57,403 bases of DNA, from NCBI GenBank assembly GCA_021731545.1, contig JAKFXE010000019.1:1-57403 (forward strand), given 5' to 3'. The notes beneath the pieces are model-generated. The model searched no databases and was not told the DNA's origin. It worked only from the letters and a program-made list of their open reading frames with translations. The translations under genes were made by a program, and so were the position numbers. Positions 56,242-57,403 of the stretch are shown here, piece after piece; within the stretch, counting starts at the first letter, position 1, and the number at the start of each line of letters is the position of its first letter. The stretch comes from Coxiellaceae bacterium (GTDB lineage: Bacteria > Pseudomonadota > Gammaproteobacteria > Coxiellales > Coxiellaceae).

Positions 56242-57263
56242 AAGCTTTAGTGAAAGCCAAAAAAGAGACTGGTTTATGGATGATGGAGGTGCCTAAGCCT
56301 ACGCCTGGACCTAATGATGTTCTGATTAAGATTAAAAAAACGGCCATCTGTGGAACCGATTTGCATATTTATAAGTGGGATGAGTGGGCGCAAAAAACCA
56401 TTAAAGTTCCTATGCACGTGGGCCACGAATTTGTGGGTGAAATTGTAGAAATGGGTGCAGGGGTTGAGGGTCTCAAGCTAGGGGATCGTGTTTCGGGTGA
56501 GGGACATATTACCTGCGGCTATTGTCGCAATTGTCGCGCGGGTGGACGACATTTGTGTCGCAATACCGTAGGTGTTGGAGTGAATCGTGAAGGTGCTTTT
56601 GCGGAATATTTAGTTATTCCTGCTGTGAATGCGATCAAAATCCCCGCTAAAATTAGTGATGATGTAGCCTCCATGATGGATCCCTTGGGCAATGCCGTTC
56701 ACACCGCACTCTCGTTTAACTTGGTGGGAGAGGATGTTTTAATTACGGGTGCGGGTCCCATTGGTTGCATGGCGGTTGCGATTGCCAAACAAGTGGGTGC
56801 GCGTTATGTGGTGATTACCGATGTGAATGAATACCGTTTGGACTTGGCGCGAAAAATGGGTGCAACGCTCGCAATTAATCCACAAAAAACAAGTTTAAAA
56901 GAAGTGATGCAACAATTGGGCATGACCGAAGGTTTTGATGTGGCTTTAGAGATGTCGGGTAATGCAGAGGCAGTGCGCGCTATGTTGGCCCATATGAATA
57001 ATGGAGGAGAGATTGCTTTTCTAGGCATACCGCCGGAAGATTTTGCGATTAATTGGCACGACGTGGTTTTTAAAGGGCTCACGATCAAGGGTGTTTATGG
57101 TCGAGAAATGTTTGAAACTTGGTATAAAATGATTAGTCTCTTAGAGGGTGGTTTAAATGTGGATGCGGTCATTACTCATCGCTTTCCCGTCGATGATTTT
57201 CAAAAAGGATTTGATGTGATGTTAAGCGGAGAGGCCGCCAAAGTGATTTTAGATTGGTCGTAG
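56238..57263 (+). CDS. tdh: L-threonine 3-dehydrogenase
   Basis: [31 protein letters not shown] zinc-ADH motifs, 341 aa. Confidence 0.95.
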   Translation: MKALVKAKKETGLWMMEVPKPTPGPNDVLIKIKKTAICGTDLHIYKWDEWAQKTIKVPMHVGHEFVGEIVEMGAGVEGLKLGDRVSGEGHITCGYCRNCRAGGRHLCRNTVGVGVNREGAFAEYLVIPAVNAIKIPAKISDDVASMMDPLGNAVHTALSFNLVGEDVLITGAGPIGCMAVAIAKQVGARYVVITDVNEYRLDLARKMGATLAINPQKTSLKEVMQQLGMTEGFDVALEMSGNAEAVRAMLAHMNNGGEIAFLGIPPEDFAINWHDVVFKGLTIKGVYGREMFETWYKMISLLEGGLNVDAVITHRFPVDDFQKGFDVMLSGEAAKVILDWS

Positions 57264-57280
57264 GGGCGGTCCTTGTGTGT
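57260..57280 (+). repeat. Truncated family-A element (GTAGGGGCGGTCCTTGTGTG) containing the tdh stop codon
   Basis: Matches the family-A 5' arm up to CTTGTGTG, then diverges. Confidence 0.6.
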
Positions 57281-57403
57281 ATAGACCGGGGACATAGGTA
57301 ACAAACGTGCGGAGACATAGGTAACACTTTTATAATGGCTGATTTGCCTTCAAGGAGACAAATCATGCCCTGGAAAGAGGTTACCAAAATGTCATCAAAG
57401 CTG
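57281..57403 (+). mobile_element. Probable left end of an IS481-type insertion sequence with the start of its transposase (partial)
   Basis: ATG 57365 opens MPWKEVTKMSSKL, an N-terminus I associate with IS481-family transposases. The 13-mer GACATAGGTAACA is repeated directly at 57291 and 57314. The element boundary is not determined. Confidence 0.35.

Overview
This is a 57.4-kb chromosomal segment from a gammaproteobacterium of mid-40s % GC (judged by eye). The tkt-gap-pgk-pyk-fba cluster and two PmrA-type promoter boxes suggest a Legionellales-like (Legionella/Coxiella-type) host; this is an inference, not proven. Most of the window is core housekeeping. It holds priA, pdxB, a TolC/adaptor/MacB-type ABC efflux operon, trkA-trkH, polA, glsA, glmS, the central-carbon cluster, engB and an ABC permease/ATPase pair without a binding protein. 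It also holds anmK, feoABC, rplM-rpsI, tRNA-Gln(CUG), sspAB, coaBC, the lpoA-yraN-diaA-dolP block opposite rsmI, queC, uspA, RNase P RNA, and kbl-tdh. I saw no rRNA genes and no CRISPR array.

The accessory content is the interesting part:
1. Two divergent paralogs lie in tandem between priA and pdxB (3311-7006). Both start MSRR and both have a helical N-domain, a multi-TM hydrophobic cluster and a Ser/Thr-rich tail.
2. A 492-aa protein is built from about six tandem 45-47-aa ankyrin-like repeats (43517-44995).
3. Both of these loci are preceded by the same TTAA-N7-TTAA-N11-TAnnnT architecture, which matches the PmrA boxes that drive Dot/Icm effector genes. I therefore treat them as candidate type IVB substrates.
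4. There is a three-gene gp49/HigB-like toxin plus two XRE proteins, an HU-fold protein with a histone-H1-like lysine-rich tail, an orphan protein with a possible LPD7-like C-terminus, and two DUF4143 AAA+ ATPases.
5. At least two families of REP/MITE-like palindromic elements are scattered through intergenic regions, several starting inside or right at stop codons.
6. A probable IS481-type element starts at the right edge.

All functional calls come from reading the translations. No database search was run.
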